A stretch of DNA of 63,963 nucleotides, filler included, from Dugesia japonica (lineage: Eukaryota): assembly GCA_001938525.1 (NCBI GenBank). It is 6 parts of 6 records of this genome, joined end to end, with 100 filler letters (N's around TTAATTAATTAA, not from the genome) between each part and the next. Parts side by side here need not be neighbours in the genome. Positions count along the whole stretch, not along the records: positions 33,444 to 44,455 come from MQRL01364321.1; positions 44,556 to 55,042 come from MQRL01518807.1; 4 more parts are not named here. The stretch is one strand, 5' to 3'. The position numbers were made by a program, and so were the translations under genes. A model generated the notes under the pieces. The model saw only the letters and a program-made list of their open reading frames with translations, was not told the DNA's origin and ran no database searches. Positions 38,330 to 52,339 of this stretch are shown here, piece by piece. Positions within the stretch are counted from its first letter, which is position 1. Each line of letters begins with the position of its first letter.

Positions 38330-38970
38330 AAAGAGGCAGGACACAAAGGTGTCATAAATACTTGAAGATTCTATGTTGCTTTTAGACGGATAGTACTATT
38401 AAAAATTAAGTGAATGAAAGAAAGAATGAAATTATGTGAAGAAGAACATTAAACCTTAAGTCTAGAATCTCAAAATATGTATCATATATAGTGACAGGAG
38501 ATACTGACAGGTTTTTCTAGGACGTGAAAGATATTAGATTTGAGAGATTGTTAGAATTGATGGTTCAGGACGAGTTGTTAGACACTTCAAATTATAGTGT
38601 AGAACAGTCGCTTTATAACAACAAGCTTAACTCAGTGGTAGGTAAATTCAAAGACGAAAACAATGAAAAGAAATACAAGGAATTAGTTTTTCTGAGACCG
38701 AGATTTTCTAGTCTTTTTAACGAAAAAAACAGCATGAAGACTTAGATTTTACATTAAAAGATACTGACTTAACACATCACTTGTATTTATCTTGTTACAA
38801 CATTAATAAAAACGGTATCAGTAAATCGATTTAGAATAGGTACAAGAAACCATTAATTTTACAGCTTTATGAAAACAAAAATAACATTGACCAACAACTA
38901 TGTCAAGTGAATTAGGATTAATAAAAATAATACCGTTTCATACAGACATCATAATTTGACCTGCCATAAA
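38330..38970 (+). mobile_element. Polinton pPolB C-terminal fragment
   Basis: IVTGDTDRFF..LLDTSNY..VGKFKDENN..ELVFLRPR. Confidence 0.85.
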
Positions 38971-39949
38971 TAGGATTTAGATTTTATCAATATAATGTAC
39001 AGGAAATAAATTAATTTGAACTTATTAGAAATTTGTTTTATTATTAGTAATCAAATGAAGAAACCAATCAAACAACTTGTAATCGAACTGACTTTTATTA
39101 AACTGACTTTATCGACTGTTTGTCACTTTATGTAATAAAGTTTTCCAATGTGATTAGTGTTTTTCATTTTAATTATTTTACGGTTAACATTGACGCAGCG
39201 ATCAATATTACCAGACAGCAACTAATATTAATGGATCAGAGAACATCTAATGTCAGTAGCATTAAAGAATTTGTTCAGGGATCATCTAATATTGGGTGCA
39301 GCCAAGATTGTGAATCCATAGACATCTCAAAGTTTGAACCTTGTTACTAATATTGTTTCCAACGAACATATTATAGTATTAACACTGAAACATTGAATAT
39401 TTAAGCCGCTCAAAAAATTTTAATGTAAATATTGTCCGGAGAGCATTAATATTTTATGTTAATATTGCCCAGGGAGCATCTAATGTTAATTTTTATTTTG
39501 CCCACGTGCAACTAATTTTGATATTTTCTAGAGAAAAAATTCTCACAACTACTTAAAAATGTTACTTAATTTAACCAAAATGACATAAAAAATCTTTTAA
39601 TTTGAATATAAAAATTAATTTCAATCATTTTAAACAAAAGTTATAAANNNNNNNNNNNNNNNNNNNNNNNNNNNNNNNNNNNNNNNNNNNNNNNNNNNNN
39701 NNNNNNNNNNNNNNNNNNNNNNNNNNNNNNNNNNNNNNNNNNNNNNNNNNNNNNAAAAAAGTCATAAAAACTTTGTCAATTAAAACAAAAATTGCTATTA
39801 TACAATCATTATGTGTTTTTTACATAACCATGACGAAATAATTATGTAATCTACACACGCATAAAATTTCGACCAATCGAATTATAAATCACAAATTTTT
39901 TCTACCCCGGTTGGAGGGTTGTTTAGTGCGCTCCTATTTACCTACTAGT

Positions 39950-41050
39950 CCTTGATTTTCTTGCGTAGTTTTCTATAAACTTCCTGTAGTAATTACAAAT
40001 TGATAAAAAAAACTTCGCAACTTCTTCACGCAGTAAAGTTTGTCAAATGTTCTAATTGCTACTGTTTTAGACAAATCAATTCTATCACCATCCCTGCTAA
40101 TTACAGGAACAAGAAATTTGATTTTGCTTTGAAAAAACTGACACTTTTCTGGATTAATTCTAAAACCAGCCTTCATTTTTTCGGTCAATACNNNNNNNNN
40201 NNNNNNNNNNNNNNNNNNNNNNNNNNNNNNNNNNNNNNNNNNNNNNNNNNNNNNNNNNNNGGCTACTTTAATTCCACCTACCATCTTAATAATCATCTTC
40301 TGAAATTTTCCCGGTGCCGCTACGATCCCAAAAGGCATTCTATTAAAACAATATTGTCCATGTTTCATTGAAAATTTCGTTTTTTCTTGAGATTCTTCTT
40401 TGAATTTTAACTGATAGTATGTATTTCCCAAAACTATTGAACTGAAATATTTTGTTCTATTTAATTTGTCAAGCATTTCGTCAATGTTAGGTATCGAAAA
40501 GGCTTGTCTTTTCGTTACTGCATTCAATTGTCTGAAATCAAACATAGTTATTTTAAATTTTATTAGATATGTGCGTCAGATATATGTCATTTTTGTATTT
40601 TCAATTATGTTCAATAACCATTCATAGTCTTTATTCTTCAGATTACTTAAATCTCTTATCAATCACTACCCCTTCTTAAATTTCTTATATATTCTGTCTT
40701 TATTTGTAAACAATCTTATAACTATATCTTTTACATTTTTTAAAATAAACTTGAATCTTCTCATTTCCACGCCTGTAGTTAATAAAATTTTGAAAGTCTT
40801 TGATAACCTCATTTTCTTTCTCAAACGCTAAATGTAAAGCCTGAAAATCTTCAATTTATTTCAACTTCTTGGCATATTCTTCCAAAAACTCATCATCTAA
40901 CAAACAAGAGACTCTTGTTGTTTTATCTGGATAATTTTATTAGCCTCAAAATATTATTCACAACGGTTTATGAATTTCCCAATGTAGAATCATGTGTGAA
41001 GTATTGATGATTAAATCTTATGATACAAAATTTATTGTTCAAACTGGTGT
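39950..41050 (-). mobile_element. Gypsy gag and RT fragments
   Basis: IGKFINRCE*YFEANK; DFRQLNAVTKRQAFSIPNIDEML..FNRMPFG..NPEKCQF. Confidence 0.88.
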
Positions 41051-42339
41051 TTCTTAGTCTTTATTGAATGTCTTCAATTAGTTGGAAGTTTATTGATAAT
41101 GTTGCATAATCGATGGCATAATGCGGAACTTCAGTATATATATATATATATATATATACTCTATTATTAGTTTTAAACAGTGTCTGAAGATGGAAGATAT
41201 ACTGTTCAAACTTATTGTGCTAAATAAATATTTAACTAAATAGCCTGTTGAGTTATTTATGAAAAGATTGCCATTATTGTTTAATTTTTTGGATAATAAT
41301 AATCATTAATGCATTTTACATTCTCGGGAATGACATATTTATAACCTTGGCAGTGATGAGCTGTATTGATCTCTGTCTGATTGTCTTATCCGTTATTGAC
41401 TGGGAACTCTTTTCAACATCTAAATATTTCAAAATTGTTATTTATTATCCCACATTATTTACTTACTAATATAAGTAATTTATTTAAAATTTTACTATTC
41501 AATGAAATTGTGTTGTAATTTGTTGATAAAATGGTTGACAAATAAACAATCAAATGTATATTTTAAATGAAATCTGAAACTGCAAATTTATTTATAATTA
41601 ATAAACATTTTTCTTTTTTATAAAAGGCAGTACATATTTTCTGTTGTTAATGTTATCTATAGAGAGAAACAAATAAAACATTTGTTTATTTTATGGTGTT
41701 TAATAAAGATTCTTCATATTATAGTCGTAAAAATTTTATTAATTCTTGAATTCTAGCAGTATATATCGGAATTATTCATCAAACTTGGATCCGGATTCTT
41801 AGATATGTTCATGTCTATTGGACGTAGTACTTAGCGTTCTCCATTGACACCAAATAATGTTTACTGTTGTGTTCAACGGTGAATTTATTTGCCTTCTGTG
41901 TCAATTGGTAATTTATAGTATTTAGATATTTCAATACCGACCAAATTTTCAAAACTGATATTTAAAATCACGAAACAAAAGACTACACTTCAGAAATATT
42001 AAAAAAACAATCTTATCTGCCCCAGGTTCGAATCCCGAAAATAGAAAAACATTTAATCAAGAAATATAAGATATTGCCTATACGCGACATACACCCTCAT
42101 GAAATTTCATGCGGGGATAGAAAAGACAATCTGAAACACAATCTTCCGATTTAGCACAAGAACTGAGACTTGTAAAGATTCAACCATTCCCTTGTCAGTT
42201 CCTTCCTATATTGTTCTAACATGTTTCTGTAAAGCTTTATCATTTTTTGTTGACGAACGTATGAATAACTTCACAACTTTTCTTATTTTTTTAATCAATG
42301 AACCTATTGAGTTGTGGAATANGTTATGTATTATTTTCA

Positions 42340-43400
42340 TCAAAAGTAGAAGTTTTTATATAGAAATCTTTATTTTATTCAAAAAAGTATTGACCACTGT
42401 TGTTTATTACCTGCTGCCAGCATTGTGGTAAGCTCAAAGAATTATCCAAATACTCCTTAACATCATCCATTAAATGAAATAGTTGTGTGTTCAGATTATT
42501 TTGAAGCGATTGCAATAGATAGAAATCCAAAGGTGCTAGATATGGCGAGTACGATGGGTGCTGCATTGCTTCACAACCGAGATCCTTTAGTTTGCGTTTG
42601 GTTGCCGGTTTTGTCTTAGTGTTATCCAGGTGAAATACCACATTCTTTTTGTTCGCAAATTCTAGAAGTTTCCTCAACATTGCCTACAATTCATCAATTT
42701 TTCTAGTTGATCACAGTACCTATCTGTATAGTCTGATCAGTTAGAAGCAGCTAGTAATAAATAATCCTTTTCCAATCCCACAAAATGCATAACATCATCT
42801 TCTTGGAATGCAAATCTAGTTTTGCCGTTGTTTGCGATGATACAACTGAATCACATCATGACCGCCAACGCTAAATGTTGTTGTAGACAATCTATTTTCC
42901 GTCTCCGGTTATCATCGGCTTCACAAATGAGTCCAATGAATTCAATTTTAAGAAAGAATCACAAACTGCAATCCAATCAGAAATGTTCTTTTCGGACAAT
43001 TCATTCGGGACGCAAATATCCATCTTTTTTTGTCATCCCAAGATTTGCGTTTTCCAACTATGGAATGTTCAATATCTAAGCTCCGTGCTATTTTTCGTGT
43101 TGAGATATGTCGGTATGCTTTGATTGCGGCCAAGATTTTGTCGTCATCAGTGGTGACAGAGCGACCTTTTGGGCACTATCATGTGGACTGAAATCCTCAG
43201 AACGGAAACTTGCAAACCATCTCTGGCTGGTAAGAGAGTTTATGGCTGAGTCATACACTGAATATTTTATATCGCGCTTCTGCCGCATTTATCTTTATTT
43301 TGTATTAAAAAAATAAGACATGCCTAAAATGCTGCTTTAAATCTTCAGTTTGATTTGCTATGTTCATTCTGAAATTACGAATATTATAAAACATTTTATT
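42340..43400 (-). mobile_element. Decayed near-full-length mariner transposase
   Basis: QRWFASFRSEDFS..D, MLCILWDWKRIIYY, FHLDNTK and HPSYSPYLAPLDFYLLQSLQN. Confidence 0.9.
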
Positions 43401-43489
43401 ATACAATTAAATTATCGACAAACATATCCGGATATTATTTATAAGATTTGGGATTAATAATAATTTCAATGAAATTTGTATTTGAATTT

Positions 43490-44400
43490 AATAATTGAAA
43501 ATAATGCAGATCTTATTCCACAATATCTNNNNNNNNNNNNNNNAACAGTCAAGTGCATTGTTTTCTTGGATTACTGTTAAACTATTATCATCAAGATCAA
43601 TATTGTTATCATTATTTGTATTCCGGTTATCATCTTTGTTAGAACGCTCTGCATCAAATTTATCGGTGAGGTTTGGTTCACTTTTATTTTCTAAATTTTG
43701 ATGTATCATATTTCTATAAAGAATCTTTATGACAGCCTTATTGACTTCCTCGAACTAAACAAAGTTTCTTTACTGGCACAAATCAATTTGCTAACTTTTG
43801 TCAGGATAGAGTCATCCTCTTTTGTAATGCACGCAATGTGTTTATTTAATGGAAGTTGGAATAATTTATGCTTTATCTTAAACGAGAGCAACGTACTTTT
43901 ATGTAGGCTATGATTATTACACATTAACAAATTCAAGGTTCTAGATTTTTTTGCAGTCAGCATGAACATTTATATTTAATAACATCGGATTTTGACCGAT
44001 GTCCATTCATCAAATATCAGCCTATAGTTTTGTCCTAAAAGAATGTAAGATAGTAACTCTTCAATTATATGTGCACAAATTTATTCAATGTACTGCATAA
44101 CTAATTGTTTTAAAGATTACAGTGTTTTGTATATTTCCATGGAAATACTCTCAGGCAGCTAAATCTGATATCCATGGAAGAGCAAAAGATGTTAAACGAC
44201 AAATCGAGCTAAACCTTCAGACAAAGAATTATCCATTTTAATGACGAAAAGTGTTGTTATTTTACCGCTAGAAACTTTTTTAACTTTAGAAGTTGATAGT
44301 TTTGGATCAATTGCATTCCATTTTTAAATTAGTTTGGAGTGTCTTTAGGTGGAAATTCAAACCGCGTGTATTACTTTCTTGCGATTTTATGACTTTGTTA
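43490..44400 (-). mobile_element. Decayed hAT transposase fragment
   Basis: YRLIFDEWTSVK..LNINVH and DDSILTKVSKLI (DGASVM-type motif). Confidence 0.65.
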
Positions 44401-44980
44401 TATTTCCTGTCTTTTAAATGTGCCCTTTTTTTAAGAAGAAAGAAGAAACATACCGNNNNNNNNNNNNNNNNNNNNNNNNNNNNNNNNNNNNNNNNNNNNT
44501 TAATTAATTAANNNNNNNNNNNNNNNNNNNNNNNNNNNNNNNNNNNNNNNNNNNNTTATTATTATTATTATTATTATTATTATTGTGAGTGGTTTAGAAG
44601 CGAGTAGAAATTTTAATGCTTTGATTGGAAACTGTTTTTTTAAAATCTTTTTAAAAAAAATTAAAAATCACAAATTAATTAAAAAGTTAAAATAATTATT
44701 TTGAATGGAAATTTGAATTAAAATTTGCAACTGAATTTTTTTTTAAAAATCTTCAAATAATTTTTGAATGAATCTAAAATTTTAAATCTATTAGAAAATA
44801 GTTTTCAATCAGAGCATGATGTTTTAATTGGTTTGATTAAACAAATAATGATGTTATAATTTTATTTTGAAATANNNNNNNNNNNNNNNNNNNNNNNNNN
44901 NNNNNNNNNNNNNNNNNNNNNNNNNNNNNNNNNNNNNNNNNNNNNNNNNNNNNNNNNNNNNNNNNNNNNNNNNNNNNNNN

Positions 44981-45042
<62 letters not shown>

Positions 45043-45131
45043 ATTTTTAAATTATTATTGGCACAAATGGGTGGTATGGATTTTATAAATTCTACTATGA
45101 AGAATTCAATTATTAAATGATTTTATTTCAG

Positions 45132-48100
45132 TCAAAGTGCGATCGCTTATCTTTGTGGCCATTTACACACTTTATTAAAGACTGTTTATAAAATGTATAC
45201 AATCCAAGCCGAAGGTTTTCTAGAGCTTGAATTGGCTGATTGGAGAGACAGTAGATTGTGAGTACCAAATAAATTTTGACTATTTGTTGATTTTAATAAA
45301 GTTTTCGAGTTGGTGTGATTGACCATGACATATTTTCATTTGTCGATTCTCAAATTGATGATTGGCCTATTATTGTGGTTACAAATCCAAAGGATTCTAG
45401 TTTTCTAATGCCTCATAAAGAAGCCTCTTCAAAAATTTTAACATCGACTCATATTAGGTAACACCTCAAATAATTCTGTTTATCTTTTTAAATTAACTCT
45501 AGAATATTTGTGTGGTCATTCTCTGATGATATTACTGTTAAAATACATATTGATGATAAATTTATTGGAATAGCTCATCGTGTGAAACCAAATTATCCAC
45601 TTCATGTTTTGAAATGGAATTCCTTAAGGTTTTCAAATTCCACTCATCTATTACGTGTTGATGTTCAAGTAAATTCTTATTATTTCTTATTTACAGCAGA
45701 TTTTGTGAAAATATTGTATAGGAAAATATTAAAAAACAATATATTTATTTTTAAAATTTTTTTAAAAATATTTTTATTGAAGTTTGCAAAAATTTAAAAT
45801 CGAAGAAAAATTAATTGAGAAAAATATTAACCAATAAAAATTGATTAAAATAATTTTCACTGAGAAAAATATTTCTTTTTAGATTGTTTATTGTATAGAA
45901 TTATCATTGGNNNNNNNNNNNNNNNNNNNNNNNNNNNNNNNNNNNNNNNNNNNNNNNNNNNNNNNNNNNNNNNNNNNNNNNNNNNNNNNNNNNNNNNNNN
46001 NNNNNNNNNNNNNNNNNNNNNNNNNNNNNNNNNNNNNNNNNNNNNNNNNNNNNNNNNNNNNNNNNNNNNNNNNNNNNNNNNNNNNNNNNNNNNNNNNNNN
46101 NNNNNNGATGTTTATTTTAAAAATGTAGAGAACTTAGTGAAAAGACTATTTTCAAATAGAGAAAAAAATTACTGCAAAAGTGTTGGTATTTTGTGGAGAA
46201 AATAAAAAAAATTAAACAAGTTACTTGATAGAAACTAGAAAATATATAATAGATTAAAAAAACAATGACGTTAGTAGATGAAATAGAACAAAAAGAGATC
46301 AAGTTATTGCAGTTAGAAGTTACGCCAGAGTAGAAAGTTGATATCATCAAAGCCTGGTAAACCATACAGTGAGTAGAGAGGTAAATCAAAGGAAAGAAAA
46401 ACTAAAGATCAAATGCTGACTATGTAGTTAGGCTGGTCATACCAAAGGAAATTGTCTAACAAATGGAATACTAGATTGCTAGACTTTTCAAAAAGGGACA
46501 TATTGGTGGAGTTTGTTCAGAGAAGAAGCTGATAAAATGTTTTGTCTGTGGAAACTGACAACAATGAATAATTATTTAATTAATTATTTTAAATTATACA
46601 CANNNNNNNNNNNNNNNNNNNNATTTCCCACTGACAGTTATCAAGGAATTACTACAGATCTCATTACGAGTTCAACATAGAAATATCGAACAATACAATT
46701 ACTATCTAATCAATTCTTTTCTAACTCAAACTAATTTTTTTAACTCCCTGCAATTTGCTTAAAAACGTTTTTAATGTAAATAATTCTTTTTCCAAAAAGT
46801 AATATGATCTATAAACAAACAATCTTTATCGCTGTTTAAAACTCAAAATTAAATTACGAATAACTGCACAATTATAATCAAAAGTATTTAGAATGCTATT
46901 ATAATTATATTTGTAAGAATAATTCTTATATGATACATATATGATAGAGTTTTATAATTTAATTTAAATAATTTGGTATATATTTTATTGTATTATATTA
47001 AAATTATTTTTTAAAATATTTTCAAAAAAATTATTTAGATTATTTTAAAGGGAAAAAGATTTTTAGAGATTTTTGAAATAGAAGACATTTTTTCGAATGT
47101 TTTTTGAAAATGTAATTTAATTTAAATAATTGCTATATATTATATTATATTAAAAAGTATTTGAAATGAAAATATTTTTCAAATTATAGTAGGAATATTT
47201 TTTTTTTGAAATATTTATAGAAAATATATAACGATTTTTTAAATATTAAAATATTTTTTTAAAAATTATTTTGAAAAATTATAATATTATTTTAAAGGAT
47301 TATTGAAATGTATATTCCTAGAAAATATCGGATGTGTATTTTTATTTAAAAAATCGATATTTTTAAATAAAATTTAATATTCTCTGATATGGATTATTTG
47401 TTTAAATCTGATAGATCAGTGTTTCTCAATCTTTTTTCTAAGCTTTCAAAATTATAATAATTCCCCCGCATAACAAAATTTTTTAATTTTTCAATAAGTA
47501 TCTTAAATGATGGACTTCAGGTAGAAATNNNNNNNNNNNNNNNNNNNNNNNNNNNNNNNNNNNNNNNNNNNNNNNNNNNNNNNNNNNNNNNNNNNNNNNN
47601 NNNNNNNNNNNNNNNNNNNNNNNNNNNNNNNNNNNNNNNNNNNNNNNNNNNNNNNNNNNNNNNNNNNNNNNNNNNNNNNNNNNNNNNNNNNNNNNNNNNN
47701 NNNNNNNNNNNNNNNNNNNNNNNNNNNNNTTAAATTTGCAATCTCTAAAAATTTATTTTTCAATTGCCCCCCGGAAATATCTAATTACCCCCATGTGGGA
47801 CGTACGCCCCACGTTGGGAAACACTGTGATAGATTGTTCTTACATCTTTTTAACTTTAAAAAATTGTGATGTCGAATAAAAATTATGGATAATTGTGAAA
47901 TTCTCAATTTAACTAATAATATTAATATTGTATTTATTTTAATTGATTTAGGAGAGTAGCGGGTATTTGAAATCAGTTTCTCATAATTTTAATATCAAAG
48001 GGAAGCCTGAATGGAATTTTCGAAAATGGCCCAGCATTATTTTGATGAATGATCAAAATTTGAATGTAAATATTTTAATTATATTAATTTATTTCAGTTA

Positions 48101-51100
48101 TCCAATGAAACACAAAATATTTTATTTTTATTGATTTTAAAATAAAATTGCAGTTAAATTCATAAATTTACGGAATTTGGAGGAATTTTCAGATCACTTT
48201 TAATAAGTGATATTTATTCTACAAATTTCAATAATCTAACATAAATTTTATGAAAACTTTAAACAAATAAAAATTTTATAAAATAACGATATTTATTAAA
48301 ATCAATATCGACGGAATAACTGAAATATCATTAAAATACAACTTATAAAGTCAAAACTGATTATATAACTCCAATTATGCAGTCTCAATAAATAATTAAG
48401 AAAATAACGTTAAGATCGATGTGGAATCCGTCAACTGAACATTAATTTTAGGATTTCATGCCCTTGTCATAAAGTTTCACACATTACTCTCCCCAATAGT
48501 TATTGAATTTACTGCACAAAATTCTAAAATCATAAGACCTTATAGAATTTATACATTTTCTTCGATGCTCAACAATATTACTATTTCCACTATTTCGACT
48601 ATGCTCGTGAACTCTGGTGCAGAGACGATTGAAAATCTCTCCAATGTATGTGGTCCTACACCCATTAAATTTAAATTGATAACCCAGATCAGAATACAAG
48701 TCTAAAGGGGTTATAAATTCATTATTGAACATATTTGCAACTTTATCGGATTGAGACAAATTTTAGATTTAAAATATCATTAAGAGCATTTTCAGTGGAA
48801 ATTAAAATTTGTTTTAAAGCCTTCAGAATAAGATATAACAATTTTAGGGTTGCATGTAATGAACGATATTGCTTATGTGAGTCCCTAGTTCGAGTTAGTT
48901 TTCATTTGTTAAATTAATAGTTTGTTTTATGGAATTATTTACCAAAAAAACAGTTCAATAGATTATTTTTGATAATTTTTTTTTTATTTCCTAAAAAGTA
49001 TCGAGAATAATATCTTCATATAGAGCAAAATGTAAAACAATATAGAATAGAAATACTGAAACAAAATAGTATAAAACATTATAGGAACCGTTATTTAATT
49101 AGTCCAATTACTTCCAAATAGCTACTTGGTTATCGCTATATTTTTACGTTTAGGTTTTTTGGTCTAGTTTCATCTGCTGAGTTATGTTTCCTCAACCACC
49201 TTTTAACATAAGCAGTAGGATTCACAATTTTCAGAGGACGACCAATTAAATTACAAGTGATCAAAGTGATACTCTTTTCACTGTTAAACTGGATATTAAA
49301 TCAGTAATTATGATATTCATCAATGAATACCCACATTTTACCTAAGCACTGCTAATGACAATCGTATTGATCAGTGTTTCTCAACCAAAAACGCACCGTG
49401 GACCAGTAAACTGTAAAACATTTCTAACGCGGACCACTAATTGAGAAACATTACCCTATGACAGTGTTTCTTAACCAAAAACAAATCACTGATCAGTAGA
49501 TAGTAAAACTTTTTAACGTGGAGTATTAATGATGGTTATAACTACTAGTGTTATTCTAAATTTTAGCTACAAATACGTTATTTGCAAAAACGAATTTTAC
49601 ATGTATCACTGGATAAGGAAGGGAACTTTTTTCTCAGGCGAAGAATTTGATAATTTGAAGAAGCATCTAGCATTATAATTTACAATTTAGTAATCATTTT
49701 TTGGATAATAAAATTTGTTTTAGCAACAGATACGGAAGACTTTGTTTGTGATACTAAATATATTAATTTTATTTGTAAAAAATATTTAATGATCCCTGGG
49801 CGGCCCACTAGTATTTTATTTACGGGCCGGATAAAGGCTGCGGCGCACAGGTCGGGCACCACTGGTATTGATGATATTTTTTGCTTTTTGAAAATTCTTT
49901 GGAACTACTCCGATTTCAATTATATTATTACTTATTTTTGTGAATAATCACGAAAATCATTTCTATTGATGTCAAATTGAAAATATTTCGAAATTCATTG
50001 AATTTCTCTTCGGTAAAAATACATGAAATTATAAAATCATCAATTTTCAACTGTTCTGCTCAATCAAATTTGCCAATTCATAAATTTTGAAATTATAATT
50101 TTTTTACCGATATTTGAGTAATCCATCAATCTTAATTTTTATATTTTCATTATGCTGTCAATAAGAAAATCTCTTTGAAGGCTTCCATAAATTCTGTTTT
50201 CAACTTACATAATTTTTTAAATACTTCAGACTTTATAACTTCATCCATTTTTTTTCCTTAATTTCCCCGACGATCCTTTAGAAATTGAAAAACTTTAAGT
50301 GGTCTTCGAATCAATTCTTCTCCTCTAGCAATATTTATATTTCTAGCTTGAAGCGCAGTTGTCAATAAAGAGTATTCCAGTATGGTGTCAATCATAAAAG
50401 CTAAATCTTCTAGAAAGAACTTGTTTTGAAGTCTTATTGCCATTCCATAATTTTTTTTGTTAGGGTTCGAAGAAAAGAGCGTATATAANNNNNNNNNNNN
50501 NNNNNNNNNNNNNNNNNNNNNNNNNNNNNNNNNNNNNNNNNNNNTTGATCTTAATACTTACCAAATTTTAATCACATCAAAATATAGATCCTGGGACATA
50601 TCGTTCAGTTCCTTTTGGTTTTTATATATTATTTTATCCATGAAAATTTTGAAATGATTCACTTGCTTAGAATCGCTAAAAACAAGTTGTAGACGGTAAC
50701 TATGATAATGCCAAATAATAGTATTTGGAAAACTTCCTTTACTCGTGCACTAACTCGAGATTTACAACCAAACAGGACACTAGCACAATCAGAACAGAAT
50801 CCTACCAAAGCCAGTCTCAAATAATTCATTTAAAATCCAACAGCAAGTAGCACGTCTAACAAAGTTTGAAATATGATATTGACATCTTGTGTACCAAGTT
50901 CGTAATATCTTCAAAAAATACTAAAGATATTTCAGAAGGTTCTGCTGTGGAGGATTTCACTTTTATGAAAACTTTGAGAATTGATTTATTAGAAACTGCG
51001 GAAGCTTCGTCAATAATACAAATTTCTCTTAATAATTGAACTGAAAATTTTTTTTTTATTTCTTTCGCGATATGCTGTGCTCTTTTACTTACACTATGTC

Positions 51101-51907
51101 GAGAATGCAATCCAATTCACATATTCAAACCGATTTTTACTTGAAGCTCTATTTCGCATTCAATTTCTAAAAACTGGGGGTGAAAATTTTTTATGTGAAA
51201 TGTCTGGGTACCCTTTGAAGTATAAAAATGAAATTATGGATAATTCGTATTAAAGTAACCATTTAGTAGTTATTTTAAAAATCTACACTTTTAATTAGAA
51301 AAATAAATACCAATGTAAATCACAGTGTTTTATTTTATTTTAACAAAAAATATAAATAAAAATAATCAAGATTGCTAATCAAGAAAAGTAGAAATGCAAA
51401 TATCAGTTTTTAATTCAAATATCTTTTCTAAAATTCTTTGTTATAAATAAATAATTTCTTTTGAAATTTTTTAAAATTCTTGTTTTGAAACAAAATATTT
51501 ATTTAAGATATTATTTTAAATTAATAAAATAGTTATTTTAATTAGGCATTTTATGATAAAAATAAAATTTTTCACTTTTTCACAGAAATTTTTACATTTA
51601 AATAAAATTTCTTTCGAATAAAAGTACAAATGAAATATAAATACAAAGTAATTTGAAAGTATTTTATTTCCGTTTACTATCCCGTTCGCGTGAAACTGCG
51701 AGCTTGTCGGAAAGCATCAGTGATGTTAAGGATTAAATTTCTCTTTATAATTTTGATTTTATTTATGTTATTATAGAATTATTTAAAATTCCAATAATGT
51801 TTCATTGATTAATTTTATGACACAGTTGAGAATATTCTTTTACACTCTCTGGTCTTCCATGGTTCTATTCCTGATCATCTTCAAGTATTTTAGTTGGAGA
51901 GAATCAA
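45132..51907 (+). CDS. TMEM62: Host TMEM62-like protein (metallophosphoesterase + Ig-like + TM); internal exons 45132-45257, 45302-45457, 45503-45668, 47952-48065, 51826-51907
   Basis: GT-AG exons in compatible phases give AIAYLCGHLHTL..LELELADWRDSRFFRVGVIDHDIFSFVD..WPIIVVTNPK..STHIRIFVWS..LKWN..THLLRVDVQESSG..KSVSHNF..LRIFFYTLW, matching the recalled TMEM62 motifs CGHLH, ELELGDW, DHD, TNPK and STHIR. Confidence 0.9.
46107..46560 (+). mobile_element. Gypsy gag remnant (intronic)
   Basis: VENLVKRLFSN..IKKTMTLVDEIE is homologous to the gag at 52.7 kb and 58.7 kb. Confidence 0.6.
47417..47826. mobile_element. hAT-type MITE
   Basis: CAGTGTTTCTCAA...TTGGGAAACACTG with an 8-bp TSD TGATAGAT. Confidence 0.92.
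48330..48950 (-). mobile_element. Penelope-like GIY-YIG remnant
   Basis: GYQFKFNGCRTTYIGEIFNRLCTRVHEH. Confidence 0.8.
49372..49864. mobile_element. hAT-type MITE
   Basis: CAGTGTTTCTCAACC...GTCGGGCACCACTG with an 8-bp TSD GTATTGAT; the 5' end is duplicated internally at about 49462. Confidence 0.88.
50050..51180 (-). mobile_element. Decayed hAT (ZNF862-like) transposase
   Basis: IIDEASAVSNK, GFCSDCASVLFG and WHYHSYRLQL (C..HRL.L motif). Confidence 0.8.
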
Positions 51908-52339
51908 GTAAGTTTATATTTTTAAGTCTTGCAATTATATTCATTAAATCATCCATATTATTTTACGTTAAAATTTAATAAATTTATATTTCTAATTAGA
52001 AATTTTTATTAAAATTAAGCATGATTTTTGCTACTTTCACTTCATAACATAATGAGTTATAATTGTTTTTGATTAAATTATTCACTTGTTATAATATTGA
52101 TAAACCTAGTGCTCATATGAACATCCATAAAATCAATACTAACTTTTTCAGTCGAAATTTAAAAATTCAATTCACAGTTCAAATCAAATTTCAAATCACG
52201 AAATATTTTTTATAATGCCTACCTTTAATTATAAATTTCATTACTTATATATTGAAACTGTAAATATTTATAAATTTACCAACATTATCAGAATTCAATT
52301 TATGTTATTTGTATAAAGTTATCTTTTTATTTTGTGAAT

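Noticed and set aside
38330-38970. Treating this pPolB as the polymerase of the 25.8-32.4 kb Polinton
   Set aside because: Separated by an artificial linker at 33344-33443, so it is on a different contig.
41175-41225. CTGAAGA hammerhead-like motif
   Set aside because: No intact GAAA or convincing stems.
42015-42045. GGTTCGAATCCC tRNA T-loop/B-box
   Set aside because: No cloverleaf or A-box visible; at most a SINE or tRNA remnant.
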